Part shown: piece after piece, positions 13,190 through 26,244 of the stretch | How positions within the stretch are numbered: the first letter of the stretch is position 1 | Layout: every line of letters starts with the position of its first letter | Origin: Eledone cirrhosa | Taxonomy: Eukaryota | DNA: 64,000 nucleotides | NCBI GenBank assembly: GCA_964016885.1 | Contig: OZ024747.1 | Span: forward strand, 87,110,001-87,174,000 | Direction: 5' to 3' | Program-made: the position numbers and the translations under genes | The notes under the pieces: generated by a model | What the model was told of the DNA's origin: nothing | The model's input: only the letters and a program-made list of their open reading frames with translations | Database searches by the model: none

Positions 13190-13810
13190 CAGTGCTGCAA
13201 AGACTGGGACACATGTCTTCTCAAGGAAGCCTGCACAGTGAGTGGAGTTCCACTGAAGCAGGTGGAGAAGTTCAACTATCTTGGGGCTGTATTCATAAGT
13301 GATGGAAGGCAGGATGTTGAATTGAGTGCAAGAAGTGCAAGAACTGGTGCAGTAATGTGCCAGTTTCAGCATTCGCTCAAGGGAAGGGAGGTAGGTGTGA
13401 AGGCCAAATTTGCTAACTCTTATCTATTGTCATGAATCTTGAGTAATGACTAAAAGAATATAATCACAAATACAAGTGGCCCAAAGGATCTTTGGAGTAA
13501 TGTTACTCGACTGAGTGTGTAGCTCGGAGATCAGAGAGTCGCTTCAGGTAGAGCTGCTACTCTGAATTGAGAGATCAGAGCTCTGATATTATGGATATGT
13601 GGTTAGAATGTCTCAGGAAAGAAGTGTTGGAGAGATTTTACTGGTAAAATGAACCAGTTGGAGACCCAAGACAGACCCCTAGCAATGAGCTCAGCTGGTC
13701 TCTCTTGGGGATCTGGTTGGATCAATTAGAGATGGTTGCTTTTGACAGAATCCACTAGATGGCCTGCTTAAGGTCTCTGACCCCATGACACTCCCTGGAG
13801 TAAGTGGGCA
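13190..13810 (+). mobile_element. Degenerate RTE-like LINE 3' fragment (related minus-strand pieces ~15860-16170, ~29600-30130, ~30315-30685)
   Basis: LKQVEKFNYLGAVFISDGRQDVEL RT-thumb-like peptide; shared sequence among the copies. Confidence 0.65.
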
Positions 13811-14586
13811 AAGAAGGAGGAGGAAGAGAAAGAGGAGGAGAACAAGAACAACAACAATCTGTTTTCACACTAATTGCAATAGCTTCACTCACGGTACCAC
13901 TACAAAATTTTGACATCAAGAAATATAAGTAAAGTGAATTTATCAGTTTTAATGTTATTGCAAGACTTGTAATGTTTTCATGCAGATCTGACTGATCAGC
14001 CAGTCTGCTAATATGCAAATCAGGCTGATCAGTCACTGTATATCTTAGAAAATATATATTTTCACTAGCTCTGACAGTTGGCAGGTGAACAGTAAACTGC
14101 ACTCATGAAGCTTAATCACCCAGAAACAGTGTCTACAGTTCTGTTTACATACCAACACAAGAGCAAGAATGAGGAGCTCATTTTACTAACATGGCTTAAA
14201 AGAGGCTGTTTGCATAATTGCAAATGAATCGAATATTATTATTCGAAAAACTCAGATTTACATTTATTGTATTCAGCCATGTAGAGCGATAACTTTTTGT
14301 TAGTTATTATCTATAAATTCTCTGCTTGTGGCCTCATTTTCCTATCTATTGGCTCTTTTATGTTCTCTATTTATCAATCTCTCTCTCCATGTTATATGTT
14401 GAGCCTTCCCCTAATCCTATTTCTACACATCTGACTATTTCTATTCCTGCTTATCTATTCCTCTCACTATAACAGTTCACTTATCTCTTCTGCCATTTTC
14501 CTAAGTTCCTTCACACCAAACAATTATTTTCCTTTAAAACCTTGACCTTTTAATTTTTCGAATAATTTGTTTTTATACTTATACAG

Positions 14587-14692
14587 CCTGTAATGGAACA
14601 TACAACTGGTTGACTTCAAAGAATATTTTATCTTTCAAAGACTGTACCATTATTGAGGGGAATCTTAATATCTTTGGTGTAACATTTAAATG
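14587..14692 (+). CDS. EGFR: EGFR exon, L2 (domain III)
   Basis: CNGTYNWLTSKNILSFKDCTIIEGNLNIFGVTFK; cag/gtaaat. Confidence 0.88.
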
Positions 14693-14829
14693 GTAAATTA
14701 ATTTTTCTATTTATTTCAATTAAATTTCTTTTTTTTTCTTTCTCATTTATTGTCAGATAATGCAACAATTCAAATAAAACAAAACAAAAAAGCAATGTAA
14801 CCCTCATCATTATCATCACCACCAACATT

Positions 14830-15850
14830 GAACAGGTGTGGTCGCCATTTGCTAGATACATTTTTCCCCAGCTCATCTCCGTGATGGAACTGCAATTCGG
14901 GACAAGCTAAGACCAAGAGGGTGTGCTTGGAAAATGGAATGTGTTCAAGCACTCACAGCCCACTGCTAATCGGACAGTACAATTGGTGGAAACTCCCTTT
15001 GGCATTTTATAGAGTGTTAGTGGTGGGTATAAAGGATAGCATTCTTGAAGAGACTCTGGGTATTGACGAAAATCAACTAGCCACTCTTTTCCAGAGGATA
15101 TTCAGTTCAGGACCCATGGATAACTTCCAGAAATTCCTGGCCTGGCAGTGCTACCAGAGAGTATTGCCAGTTTGAGATAAACTTTACAGGCATAGAAGTA
15201 CCATCAGCTGGGCTTGTCTGAGATGCATGCAGGGTGACAAAACCATCCTGCATATACCTGTCAAGTGTCCAAGTATTGCTGAGTTGTGGGTTTATGTTGA
15301 ACACCTGCTATCATGAAGAACTGATACAGCTATTAGCTGAGTCCATTGTGAAGATCATCCAACCACCTTTCTTTAGTTGGGAAGAAAAGGCAGTTTTTAT
15401 CTACCCAGTGGCCATGGCAAAAAAGAGGTTGCGTAGTAGACAGAATTGAAAGTGTTGAAGAAAAGCACTTTTCTCTTTAGCAAAGCCCTGATTAACTTTT
15501 TCAGGTTCCACTTGTAGAGGAAAATCAGGATGGAGAGAGAAGTGCTGGCCTCCAAGTAGTTTGTTGAAAGTGGGTGATAGTGGCAAGCATAATCCAAGTG
15601 AATGGGCTTGCTCTGAGTATGTGCCTGTAAATTAAAGGAAGAGAACTTGGTGAGGACACTTGCTCTAGTGATCAGGGGGATCATGGCTTTTTGTGGGCTT
15701 TCTCCATGAGTGACCCTGAAAGGTTTTTCCCCTATTGGGTAATTTGTTTTTGTTTGTTTGATTTTTAAATGTATATTTTTTAGTTTTTGTTATCAACCAC
15801 TCTGTATCATCCTGTGCAACCTCTATTGTTTGCTTAATGTGAACCCTGTG
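14830..15850 (+). mobile_element. Degenerate Tx1/L1 ORF2 3' fragment
   Basis: GPMDNFQKFLAWQCY matches GPMDNFQKSLAWQCY of the element at 55680. Confidence 0.8.
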
Positions 15851-16329
15851 TGGGAGAGTCATTGGGGCAGAGTCCTCAAACACTCCTGCCAATGGGTCCT
15901 ATTAGAAGCAACCATCTCCAATGGATTCAGCTGGATCTCCAAGCAAGGCGAGCCAAGCTCATGGATTTTATCCAAACATCTTGCTCAGCCCTCTGGGCCG
16001 CCCTCTGCTGGTTGATTTTTGCCTGTAACATCTCTCCAGTGATTCTTTCCTAAGATATTCTAACCTTATATTCATGGTATTAGAGCTGTGATTTCTCAAT
16101 TCAGAGTGACTCTCTGATCTCCAAGCTTTGCTCTCTATTGAGTAACATAGAATGCATAGCATACTCCAAAAACCTTTTATTCCTTTACTAGTTTATGATA
16201 CCTATAGCTAGTATCATTACTGGAATAGTTTGGGTTTTAAGGTGTCACATTCTGTTTATCTCAATTTCTAGATCTTATTTATATTTTGCAATTTTTTCAT
16301 ATTCGTTTGTCTTATATCAGACAGTACAG

Positions 16330-17100
16330 TTATGTCAATGAGGAAGCGGGTCTTGTTTTTAAAACAATAATAATATCAGAGTGGTTTCCATAATAGTGCG
16401 ATCTGTGTGAATGGTAAAGTCCCAAAGGATTGTTGCTCCTTCAGTCTTAGTTACTGGTTGTGGTTTGTGTTCATAGCAGTTTTCTGTATGTTCTGCATTG
16501 TATTTTTTGCATATTATCCAGTAGATATATTGCCCCACTCTATCATGTCTAATTTTATATTCAGTTGGTGCTAGTGTGGAATATCCTAATATAATATGGT
16601 CAATTGTTTCAATCTATACATCACATATCCTACATTTGGAGTCTGCCTCATTTCTAAGAATATTTCTCTGATAAATCCTAATAAAAAGACCCTGGTCCTG
16701 AGCAGCAAAAATAAAGTCTTTTGTTTCAGCCTTTAATCCTGAACTCCACAGATGGGTTTGGGTGTGATCTACATCAGTATCTTCTGTGTAAAGTGGGAAT
16801 TGGCCATGCAGAGGTTTTTTGTTGCCATCTTTCTCTAAATGATTTTAGACCTTCCAGTTTTGATTTGCTTCTGTGGATTTTTGCTGCCTTAGTTGGAATT
16901 AGGTCCAAGGTTGGGGATTTCCTGGTTCTGGTGATCTGCTGAAATGTTGGGGAGCTTGCTCCAGTTGACAACTTTTTTATCCCAGCCTGTTGCATCACTT
17001 GGTAATCCACATGATACACTGATAAATACTGTTTTATTCTTACTGGCAAGGGATATATATTCTTGTACCATACAAGACGGGTTTGCTTCAAGAAGCTTAG
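16330..17100 (-). mobile_element. Degenerate RLE-type (R4/NeSL-like) non-LTR fragment
   Basis: Minus strand shows decayed AAQDQ..., CRIC...ETIDHI...LA..EY..RHD and PLLVLHHP-like C-terminal motifs. Confidence 0.5.
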
Positions 17101-17257
17101 AAAAACCTGTGTACCTTCATTGAGGTGAGTTTACCAGTGCTGGTTACCATCCAAATATTTCGAAACCCTGCAAGTAACTAAACAATAAAAAAACTCTGAG
17201 TAGGTAAGTGTTGGGAGCCTAATGCAAGACTCTATACTTAAATGATTATCATCACGT

Positions 17258-17569
17258 TTAACCCTTTAGCATTTACATTACTCTATATATATATATACTA
17301 TTGTATTTTTGCGATAAAGGCTTTACTGCACATAATATCTCACATAGTATCGAATCTACAAGATTTTGATATTATTTATTTTGCGAACAATACCTTAACA
17401 TCAGTATGAGTGGCCAGTTTGACCAGAAAGAGGTGAGAGAATTTTGACCGGCTATGGCTGGTTTGAACAGAAAGAGGTGAGAAAATTCTGGCCGGCTATG
17501 ACCAGCTTGAATAGAAAGAGGTGAGAGAATTCTGGCTGGCTATGGCCGGATTAAATGCTAAAGGGTTAA
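17258..17569. mobile_element. piggyBac-type MITE family 1 (TIR CCCTTTAGCATTTA, TTAA TSD); copies ~31585-31790, 35117-35343, 53645-53868
   Basis: ttaa-ccctttagcattta...ttaaatgctaaaggg-ttaa, with internal tandem ~45-bp subrepeats. Confidence 0.8.
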
Positions 17570-17869
17570 AGGAACTATCATTTACATGTTTCCGGTAGAG
17601 GGTTGGACGCCATACGTTCCTTTACGGTCTGAGTTCAAATCCTGTTGAGGTTAACTTTACCTTTGATCCTTACGGGGTCGATAGAATAAAGTACCAGTAA
17701 TGTACTGGGTAATTGGTGACCTTGTGCCAAAAGTAGAAACAATTATTATTATTGTTGTTTTTCCTTTCCCTTCAGTATTGTTTCCATTATATGCTGAGTG
17801 CCTTATTATTATTATTGGTGCTATTGTTATTATAACTGTAATTTAAACACTGGATTGTATATGTTTCAG

Positions 17870-18040
17870 GGATAAATTGACCAATACCAGTGGATTGAAT
17901 GTGGGTGATCTTAGTTATTTAAATAGTGTCCGTGAAATAACTGGTGGTTTAAGTATCCAAGAGAGTCCACCTGAAATAAAGCACCTGTTATTTTTAAAAA
18001 ATCTTGAAGTAATTGGTGGACGTCAGGAAGCAATAGTAAG
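17870..18040 (+). CDS. EGFR: EGFR exon, L2
   Basis: DKLTNTSGLNVGDLSYLNSVREITGGLSIQESPPEIKHLLFLKNLEVIGGRQEAIV; cag/gtaagt. Confidence 0.92.
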
Positions 18041-18045
18041 GTAAG

Positions 18046-18075
<30 letters not shown>

Positions 18076-18076
<1 letters not shown>

Positions 18077-18410
18077 CATCATCATCATCATCATCGTCGT
18101 CTAACGTCCATGCTAACATGGGTTGGACAGTTTTGTCCCACTTGAGGCAAGATTGGTCGGGAGACTGTCTCGCTCGTACAGAACTGTTTCTGGCAGGTTT
18201 TCAACGGCTGGATGTCCTTCCTAACACCAACCACATTTACAGTGTGCATTGGGAGCCTTTTTACCCTGTCTCCTACATGACCACTTTACAGTGTGGACTG
18301 GGTGCTTTTTGTCGTGTCACCTACACAACCACTTTACAGTGGACGGAAGTGGGAGGATGGAGTAGGGTGTATGGGGTGGGATGTATATTGGGTTAAGAGG
18401 TGCCTACTGA
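18076..18410 (-). mobile_element. RTE LINE 3' UTR fragment
   Basis: (CAT)n tail plus ggatgcccttcctaacaccaaccaca motif as at 4324-4700. Confidence 0.8.
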
Positions 18411-18619
18411 CTGTAGGTTTAAGTTTATATATATGTATTGGTGTGTAATGTTTGTTACTGGTGGTTCATCAGTTTAAGAACTCAGTGCTAATATGTGGGG
18501 TAGCTACTGGTGTGGGATTCTACATTTGGTACTTCACAATTATCGTATGTATATATGTACTAATAAAAAGATAATAATAGCAATAGTATTAATAATAATA
18601 ATAATAGTCATTTCAGTTA

Positions 18620-19500
18620 GGGACATGAAGGAAACCAGAAAGAAGAAGAGCAACTGGAAGTCTCCAGGACTAGATGGAGTTCAAGGCTACTGGTTTGAAA
18701 GATTTGGATGGAATAAGAGGGAAGCTATCAATACATAGGCAGTATCACTCCTTAGATATGGGGCAGGGGTGACCAGGTGAACAGTGGAAGAGCTAAGCAG
18801 TTTAGATCGAAAAACAAGAAAGATGTTGACTAGATATGGAGTATTTCATCCAAAGAGCAACACTGACAGATTATATGTAGCAAGAAAAAGAGGAGGAAGG
18901 GGACTGATAGGGTGTGAAGACAATATTGGAACAGAAGAAAATATCAAGGCATAGTACATAAAAAATTCCACAGAACCACTGTTGCTGGAAGTAAGAAGAT
19001 CAGGGCTGTGCAAAATAGAAGATTGTAAAGAAATAACACAGCACAAGCATTTGAAGATGGACGAAACTGAAAGTAGATAAACAGAAAAAAGAATGTATGG
19101 ACAATTCCATAGAGATGCTGAAGATAGGACAGAGAAAAAAAGGCGGTTATGGATGGCTAAAATTGATCTAAAATGGAAACAGAAGCCTTAATCTGTGTTG
19201 CTCAAGAACAAAGACTAAGAACTAACTACATCAAATATAGAGTAGACCACACAGCAGAAAGTGATAAGAGTAGAATTTTTGTAGCATGAATGGAGAAACT
19301 GTATGGCATATTACCAGTCAATGTACACCACTAGCTCATAAAGAATATTAGAAATGTCACAACATAGCAAGGATAGTCCATTGGGAACTTTGGAGAATTG
19401 GTATGAGCATATGCCTTGTAAAGTAATGTAGGAGGATGGGAAAGCAATGATAATCTGAGATTTTGATTTTCACACTGATAAAGTAATTCAGTATCATCAT
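18620..19500 (+). mobile_element. Degenerate RLE-type (R4/NeSL-like) non-LTR fragment
   Basis: NWKSPGLDGVQGYW, RLYVARKRGGRGL, ETEALICVAQEQ-LRTNY motifs with stops. Confidence 0.7.
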
Positions 19501-20689
19501 GTACTGACAAACATACCGCCTGAGTTCCTGATGAAGTCTGTTAAGGATATACTTAAATAATTACAAACACTGGTAGACATTACTGATGCCTATGTAGAAG
19601 TTTAACATTATACTGTTTAAAATAAAACATCTTGTACTGTTCAAAATTGAACATCTTTTATGAAGATCAACCAATAATTAATAAAGTTATTAACAATTTT
19701 AAATAGGGAGTCTCTTTCACCCACTCTGTAGAGATCAAAATAAAATTATTTCAATCATATACACCATAAATAGCTCAATGCCTTGTGGGCTAAAAACCAT
19801 ATTTTCATTATTCATTTATACAAATTATATTTAGGTAAAACAAAAGTAGAAAAGACATTTAAAAGAAAAATGTAATTCTACTTACATAATATATATATAT
19901 GTGTGTGTGTGTGTATCCATGTGTATATACAGGTATAGACACATGTCTGTGTATGTATATGTGTGTGTATCTATATATGAATATGCATGTATACATATGT
20001 ATCTCTCTGTGTTGATATTGCCTTGGTGTTACTCCTACTATGGTTCTGGAGTTGGTGGTGATGATGATTCTTAATGCTCCAGATGATACCACTGCCACCA
20101 CTGCTGTCTAAGGTCAGCCAAACTGCTGATCCACTTTCAGCTGGTAATATGTCAGTGCCAGCACTACTCATCTTGAACTAGACACCATGACCTATGTAAC
20201 ACAAAGGATTCAAAGGAGCCGATGCCACATGTAACACTATATCAATGTATTGAGTAAAACGTATCGTTGACATGTATCTTGTCTCTTTTTTTTTCTTTTT
20301 TTCTTTTTCATTTCTTTTTTGTATTCTTTTTATCTTCTTTTTTTTTATTATATCTTTGCTACTCAGTTAAATGTACATGTATATCATGCAACCTAAATGC
20401 TACACCCACCTTTGTTAAAGACAAGGGCTAAAACAACAATACTACACATCAATGAACTCCAAGTGGTATACTGATACCACAACTGAATCTGAATTGGCAA
20501 TGCCTTAATAACAGAGACAATTCCAATCATTGGATTATCGACAATTCTGATGAGCTATTGATTCCAAAGTCAGGCCCAATCACTATCAATCTTATATTGA
20601 GCTGATTGATCACGAAACATGTGTCATGTGTGAATAGATATATTGATGTTATATTGATACCGCATTTCTGCTCATTATTATTATTATGA

Positions 20690-20884
20690 TAGGGCAGTGG
20701 ATTGGCAGTATCGTAGAGTGTCGGACGCCATGCTTTGCAGCATAGAGTTTCGGCCCTTTATGATCTGAGTTCGCATCCCGGCGAGGTTAACTTTGCTTTC
20801 ATCCTTATGGGGTCGATAAAATAAAGTACCAGTAATGCACTGGGTAATTGCTGGCCTTGTGCCAAAAAGTAGAAACAATTATTA
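20690..20884 (+). mobile_element. tRNA-derived SINE (MetaSINE-like core); copies ~17590-17745, ~25760-26040, 36647-36790(-), 40966-41155(-), 41170-41395(-)
   Basis: A/B-box-like head (tggcagtatcgt...gagttcgcatccc) plus conserved ctttcatccttatggggtcgataaaataaagtaccag and an (ATT)n tail. Confidence 0.7.
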
Positions 20885-22384
20885 TGTGGTTGGTGTTAGG
20901 AAGGGCATCCAGCTGTAGAAATCAAGCCAGACAGTCCTATGCGAAGCAAGACAATCACTCTTGCCTCAAGTGGGAAAACTCCCGTCCAAACCCATGCAAG
21001 CGTGGAACACGGACGTTAAATGATGATGATGATATATATATATATATACATATGTATTCACAAACACACACACATATATCCATTAAAACTATGTATATGT
21101 AGATATGTAAATGTGGTACAGAGAAGGAAATAGTGAGAGGAGTTCTTACATGACTCTAAAATATTGCCTCAAAAGGATTTCATTATGTGTCTAAAGCCTG
21201 GTATGTGAGTCACAAGGCTAACTCCTGCTTTAGTGGAGAAAATGGCTTTAGAATTATTGTTGCTATGTGCTGTACATATTTTTGTAACTCTATGCTAGTA
21301 TTTTAATGTATGTGAATTTGTGATTTAAGAAAATTTATATAAAATTATTAGAATAGTTATATTTGACTTTATATAATTTATTCCTGAAGAAAGATTTCAT
21401 GAACTCACTGTTTTTGCATGCCTTCAAAGTTTTTGTTAGCAGTATGCATTTTGTGTCTATTATTTAGTTAAGTCCTAATAATAGCTTCCAATATTTTCTG
21501 ATATTAATTTATGCAAAAGAAACTAATATTAGCAATTGAACAATTAAAATATTGGTTTCTTATTTAGGCACAAGGTAGCAATTTAGGGATGGGAAGAGAA
21601 AGTCAATTATATTTACCCCAATACTTGAAGTATGCCCTGAAGTATGATAGACTAAGTTTACATCAGCATAGAGAGGCATAAAAAATATTGAAATATATTT
21701 CATCCAATGTAGCAAGTGCACTAATCCACTGCAAGCAAACTATATCATATCAAGTGTGTTCAGTAAATTATCTTGATTCTTAGTGGTTAAATAATTGTTT
21801 GGATTCCAATTTAATTGATCTGGTCAACTCAACTAAATACAATAACATGTGCAAACAAGACAGCCTCTACATATTCACTCAACCTGCTCTTTCTAGCTGG
21901 TTGAATGACTACAAATTGTAACCTGCTAATGTATTGAAATACAATGTGTGAGAAAAGACATGAGATGTCACATTTAAAATGCTTTTAGTTGTAGATTTGC
22001 TCGACATCAACATGCATAACAAAATATACTTTTCATGTTTTATCAAGCTATCATATAGTTAATTCATAAATAAAAAGTCTATTTTGTCTATTTCTAAATT
22101 TAACCCTTTTGATTCTAAACCACTTATAACCATCCTTGATAAGATATACAAACTGTATATCTTATTTTTTAAAAACTTCCATTATAAGTTTATGTAAAAA
22201 AATCTATAGTCATGTTCTAAATACCAATATAAAAGTTAAAAAAAGTTATTTATATTACTTCATTCTTCCAAATTCTTCATTTTCAAAATTATTTGAAAAT
22301 CATAGGCCATGTCCTTCACTGTTAAAAAATTACATTTAAATCATGTCTAATATTTCTTTTAATTTTTTTTATCTTTTTGCTTAG

Positions 22385-22575
22385 ACATAACTCTTTTTCT
22401 ATAATATCGACTGATCTTCATTATCTTGGATTGACCAAATTAAAACAGATCCGTAATGGAAATGTAAACATCCGGCAAAATAAGAATTTGTGTTATGCTG
22501 AAACACTAAAGCTTGAAAAGATATTTACGACCACTGCCTCGAAGATGAGTGTATTAGATAATAATGACGCATGTG
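22385..22575 (+). CDS. EGFR: EGFR exon, end of L2
   Basis: HNSFSIISTDLHYLGLTKLKQIRNGNVNIRQNKNLCYAETL...NDAC; tag/gtaagt. Confidence 0.92.
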
Positions 22576-23114
22576 GTAAGTTTTAATTATGTTAACATTA
22601 ATATAGTGTTATGCATAATTGTATATGTTAATAATTTTAAAAGTATATATATGTATATATATATATATGAAAGTATTAGAATACTTTTTGGTGTTTATAT
22701 TTGTATGCATATATATATGCATAAACATATACACAGTCACCCACATGCATATATTTACACACATACACACACCCATATATAGTTACCAAACGTTATTTTT
22801 TTATTTTTATCATTGATAAATTTTAATTACATCTTTAGGCTTCCATAAATTATAATTGTTGCCCAACAATATTTGAATGCTATTGTTTGCGTTTTTCACT
22901 CTATTCTATCACTGGAATTCCAGAACATATAAGATATTTATTTATTTGTATTTAATCGATTCTGTGGAGTTATTTGTACTGGAATAAAATTATTCTTGTT
23001 AGTCAAACAGTTGTAAATTAATTAAATGCTTTAATTAAAATCTTTATTAATCTTTGTTTTATATATATATATATATATATAAATAAACTAAAACCCTGTA
23101 ATTTCCTTCTTCAG

Positions 23115-23314
23115 AAAACAAGACCTGTACTCCTCAGTGTAAGAATGGATGTTGGGGTCCTGGTCCTGAACGTTGCTTAGAATGTGCAAGCTATCATATT
23201 GATAAAGCAACTCAGCTGGAAAATATGAGTTGCAATGACAGTTGGCAACCTGTATTGGCCTTTGTCTTTCCCTTAGACAACATTAGTAGAGAGAAGATTA
23301 GCATGTACATGTGA
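23115..23314 (+). CDS. Partial duplicate of EGFR domain IV first exon; candidate alternative terminal exon or pseudo-exon
   Basis: Same acceptor (aaaccctgtaatttccttcttcag) and first 99 nt nearly identical to 24068-24166; continues in frame to TGA at 23312-23314. Confidence 0.45.
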
Positions 23315-23395
23315 CTGCAGATCTTCCACAAAAAACACCTTGTTTGTGTTTGTCACTTGGAGAGGAACTTTCCAGGTGTAAACCCATGATCAGTT

Positions 23396-23426
<31 letters not shown>

Positions 23427-24067
23427 AAGTGACAATAAGAATTGCAACTTTTTGTAAACTTTATTACATATTACAATTTGGTTCCATATCGATTAGCTTG
23501 GGTTTGATCATGCACCGGATCCCAACTCTTAATTGATACTTCTTCAGTTACAAGATTTTACAAGGATGACGGTGATGATATATATATATATATATACTAC
23601 CATAGTAGCCATAAAAAGTTAGTGATTTTAGGGGAAAATATTTAATTTAATAATTCCTTTATTACAATATTCTATGAATCCTCAATTTTCCTTGATTTTC
23701 TCTCTCTTGTCCCTAATCAGAAAACACTTCACATATAGCCATAAGTACCATAAGATTTTCATTTTACGTAATATTAAGATTAGCTACTCTTGTTTAGATA
23801 CCATTGCTTCAAATATCACACATTATGAAAGAAAAAAGCATTAGATATTTCATTGAAGAAACTTCCCTGCTGGTTCAGAATGACAATTGTTGTTATTGTT
23901 CTTAGCATGTCTCTTGTCACAAATGTTCATTATTGTTGTTGTTAAATTTATATTTGCTAATGTTGTCAAAGTTATTGTTGTTATTTTCTGTTATAATTTT
24001 TGTTTTTAAAATACTAAAATATTGGAAAAGTACATTATAAAATAAACCCTGTAATTTCCTTCTTCAG

Positions 24068-24267
24068 AAAACAAGACCTGTGATCTTCAGTGTAAGAATG
24101 GATGTTGGGGTCCTGGTCCTGAACGTTGCTTAGAATGTGCAAACTATCATATTGATAAAGCAACTCGTTGTATCGCCTCTTGCTCTAGTGTACCATTACA
24201 TTATGATGCAGGGAATAAGCTGTGTAAGAAATGTCATCCACAATGTGCCAACAATTGTACTGGACAT
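24068..24267 (+). CDS. EGFR: EGFR exon, domain IV
   Basis: NKTCDLQCKNGCWGPGPERCLECANY...CHPQCANNCTGH; cag/gtacgt. Confidence 0.92.
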
Positions 24268-25054
24268 GTACGTTTGTTCTACTTAATGTTTTAAAATATT
24301 CTTTTTATTTAGAGGTCTTCAGCAATGCAAATAAGACATTAAATGTTAAAGATTGCAAAGTTGTTGGAATGTGTTTTTTGACAAAGGGATTTTTCCCTAA
24401 ATGAAAAAATCCCTTTGTCAAAAGGATTTTATCCTGTAATATTTAGTATCTTAGTTACATTACTATAACTTTCTAAAAAATAAATGCTATTTTCTACACT
24501 TCACACATTGATTCAAGTAAACTACAACTCTTCCATATATGTTCTAAATTTAATATGTTCTGTTCCATTGGAGAATTGCACATATTTACATATCTATATT
24601 TTATGTGTAATTCTCATGAACCTGTGTGTATTATATTTCTACATTGCATATTTGATACATCTCAGCTGTTCATGGGTAACTATGAAGATGTGTAGAATCT
24701 TGGACAATTATCTTTACCTTGGATTCACCCAAGCCTTGTTTGGAAATTGGCTTGAAAGAAACTGTATGAAAGCTTATCTGATGGGTTTCAGCTGTACTCC
24801 AAATAACCAGTTGCTGCTGGTACTTCTTTTTTTCATGTGAGTGGACTGGTGCAGCATAAAAGGAAATGTCTTGCTCAAGAACACAATGAGCCACCTAGTA
24901 CAGGAATCAAACCCATGACTTTATTTCTGGGCCATGTGGCTTCACAATACAGCAAATATGTAGAACTTGCAACCAGCAATTACATGAATGTTACACCTAC
25001 TTTCTTACTCTATTATTTGTACCTGTTGTAATGTTTCCTTTTTATTCATTCCAG

Positions 25055-25182
25055 AGTGAAGAAGATTGTGGTAGCTGTTTAAAAGTGCAATTTGGCCCCA
25101 ACTGCATAAATGAATGTCCTCTAAACATGTTTCCAGACCAGAAAAAGATCTGTCAGCAGTGTCATGCATACTGTGATTCTGG
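25055..25182 (+). CDS. EGFR: EGFR exon, domain IV
   Basis: SEEDCGSCLKVQFGPNCINECP...CHAYCDSG. Confidence 0.9.
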
Positions 25183-26075
25183 GTATCTCTTCAATTTTAT
25201 TTGTTTAACCCTTTTGTTACCACATTTCTAGTGAAAGAGACTCTTTATGTTTCAATTTGTTTTTTATGTAATCAAGAATTGGGAAAAATTTAGTAACATA
25301 ACAAAGTTACTCCATTATTAAACTAGTGTTTGGAGAACAGCTTTACAAAATTTCTTATAGAAATGTATGATAGGAGATTTTTGGTAAATATAGTCATTTT
25401 AAAATAAAAAGCTTTGTATCATAGAACCGATGGTTATTTCAGGTGGTTTGGTATCAAAAGGGTTAACTCAACAATAGCACACCAGGAAAAATCATTACCT
25501 GCTAAAACATACATACATGTATATCTGTATGCATGAACACACACACACACACACACTCCTACTCTCTCTTATGCACACCGTCTCTACATTACAAACATAA
25601 ACTTTGGGCGTAAGATACAATGCATGAAATTGTAAAGGAGTATCAAATTTTAATATTTTTTTTTTACTTAAATATGCCTGTGTGTCATGTTGAAGGTTCG
25701 ATTTTTCCCTGGGAAAGCTTCCTAATATTTTGGATTGGTGGAGTTGCTAGAGGGCTGGGTAATTTGCCAGGTTTTTTGACTGAGTTCAAATCCTGCCAAG
25801 GTTAACTTTGTCATTCATCTTTTGGGGTTGATAAAATAAAAGTACTAGTCTAGGGTAGTAGATTGGCAGAATTTGTAAAGAATTAGATGAGATAATTTGT
25901 ATTTGTTCCCGCAATTTACATTCAGTGTTCAAATTAAAATAGCAGGGTTGACAAAATAAAGTACCAGTCATATACTGGTTTTATATAATCGTCTATTCCC
26001 CTCCTCACAAATTTCTAACCTTATGCTTATGTTAGAAACAATTATTAATTTTTAATATATATTTCTTTTTTCAAG

Positions 26076-26244
26076 ATGTACCGGTCCTGGTTCTGAACTG
26101 AAAAATGGCGGCTGTAATAGCTGTGCTATTGGACTTCAGCAAAATGATGGCAGAGTTTTATGTTTTTCAAAGGATGTTACTGAGTGTCCTGATGGCTTTC
26201 ATCGTACTTACAAGAAAAAATTGAAAAAAATGAATGGAAAGATT
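26076..26244 (+). CDS. EGFR: EGFR exon, extended Cys-rich region
   Basis: CTGPGSELKNGGCNSC...ECPDGFHRTYKKKLKKMNGKI; aag/gtaact. Confidence 0.88.

Noticed and set aside
19530-19590. CTGATGA...aaacactggta hammerhead-like string
   Set aside because: GAAA is missing and the stems do not pair; too weak to call.
20690-20780. tRNA-like A/B boxes
   Set aside because: SINE head; no cloverleaf, and multiple decayed copies exist.
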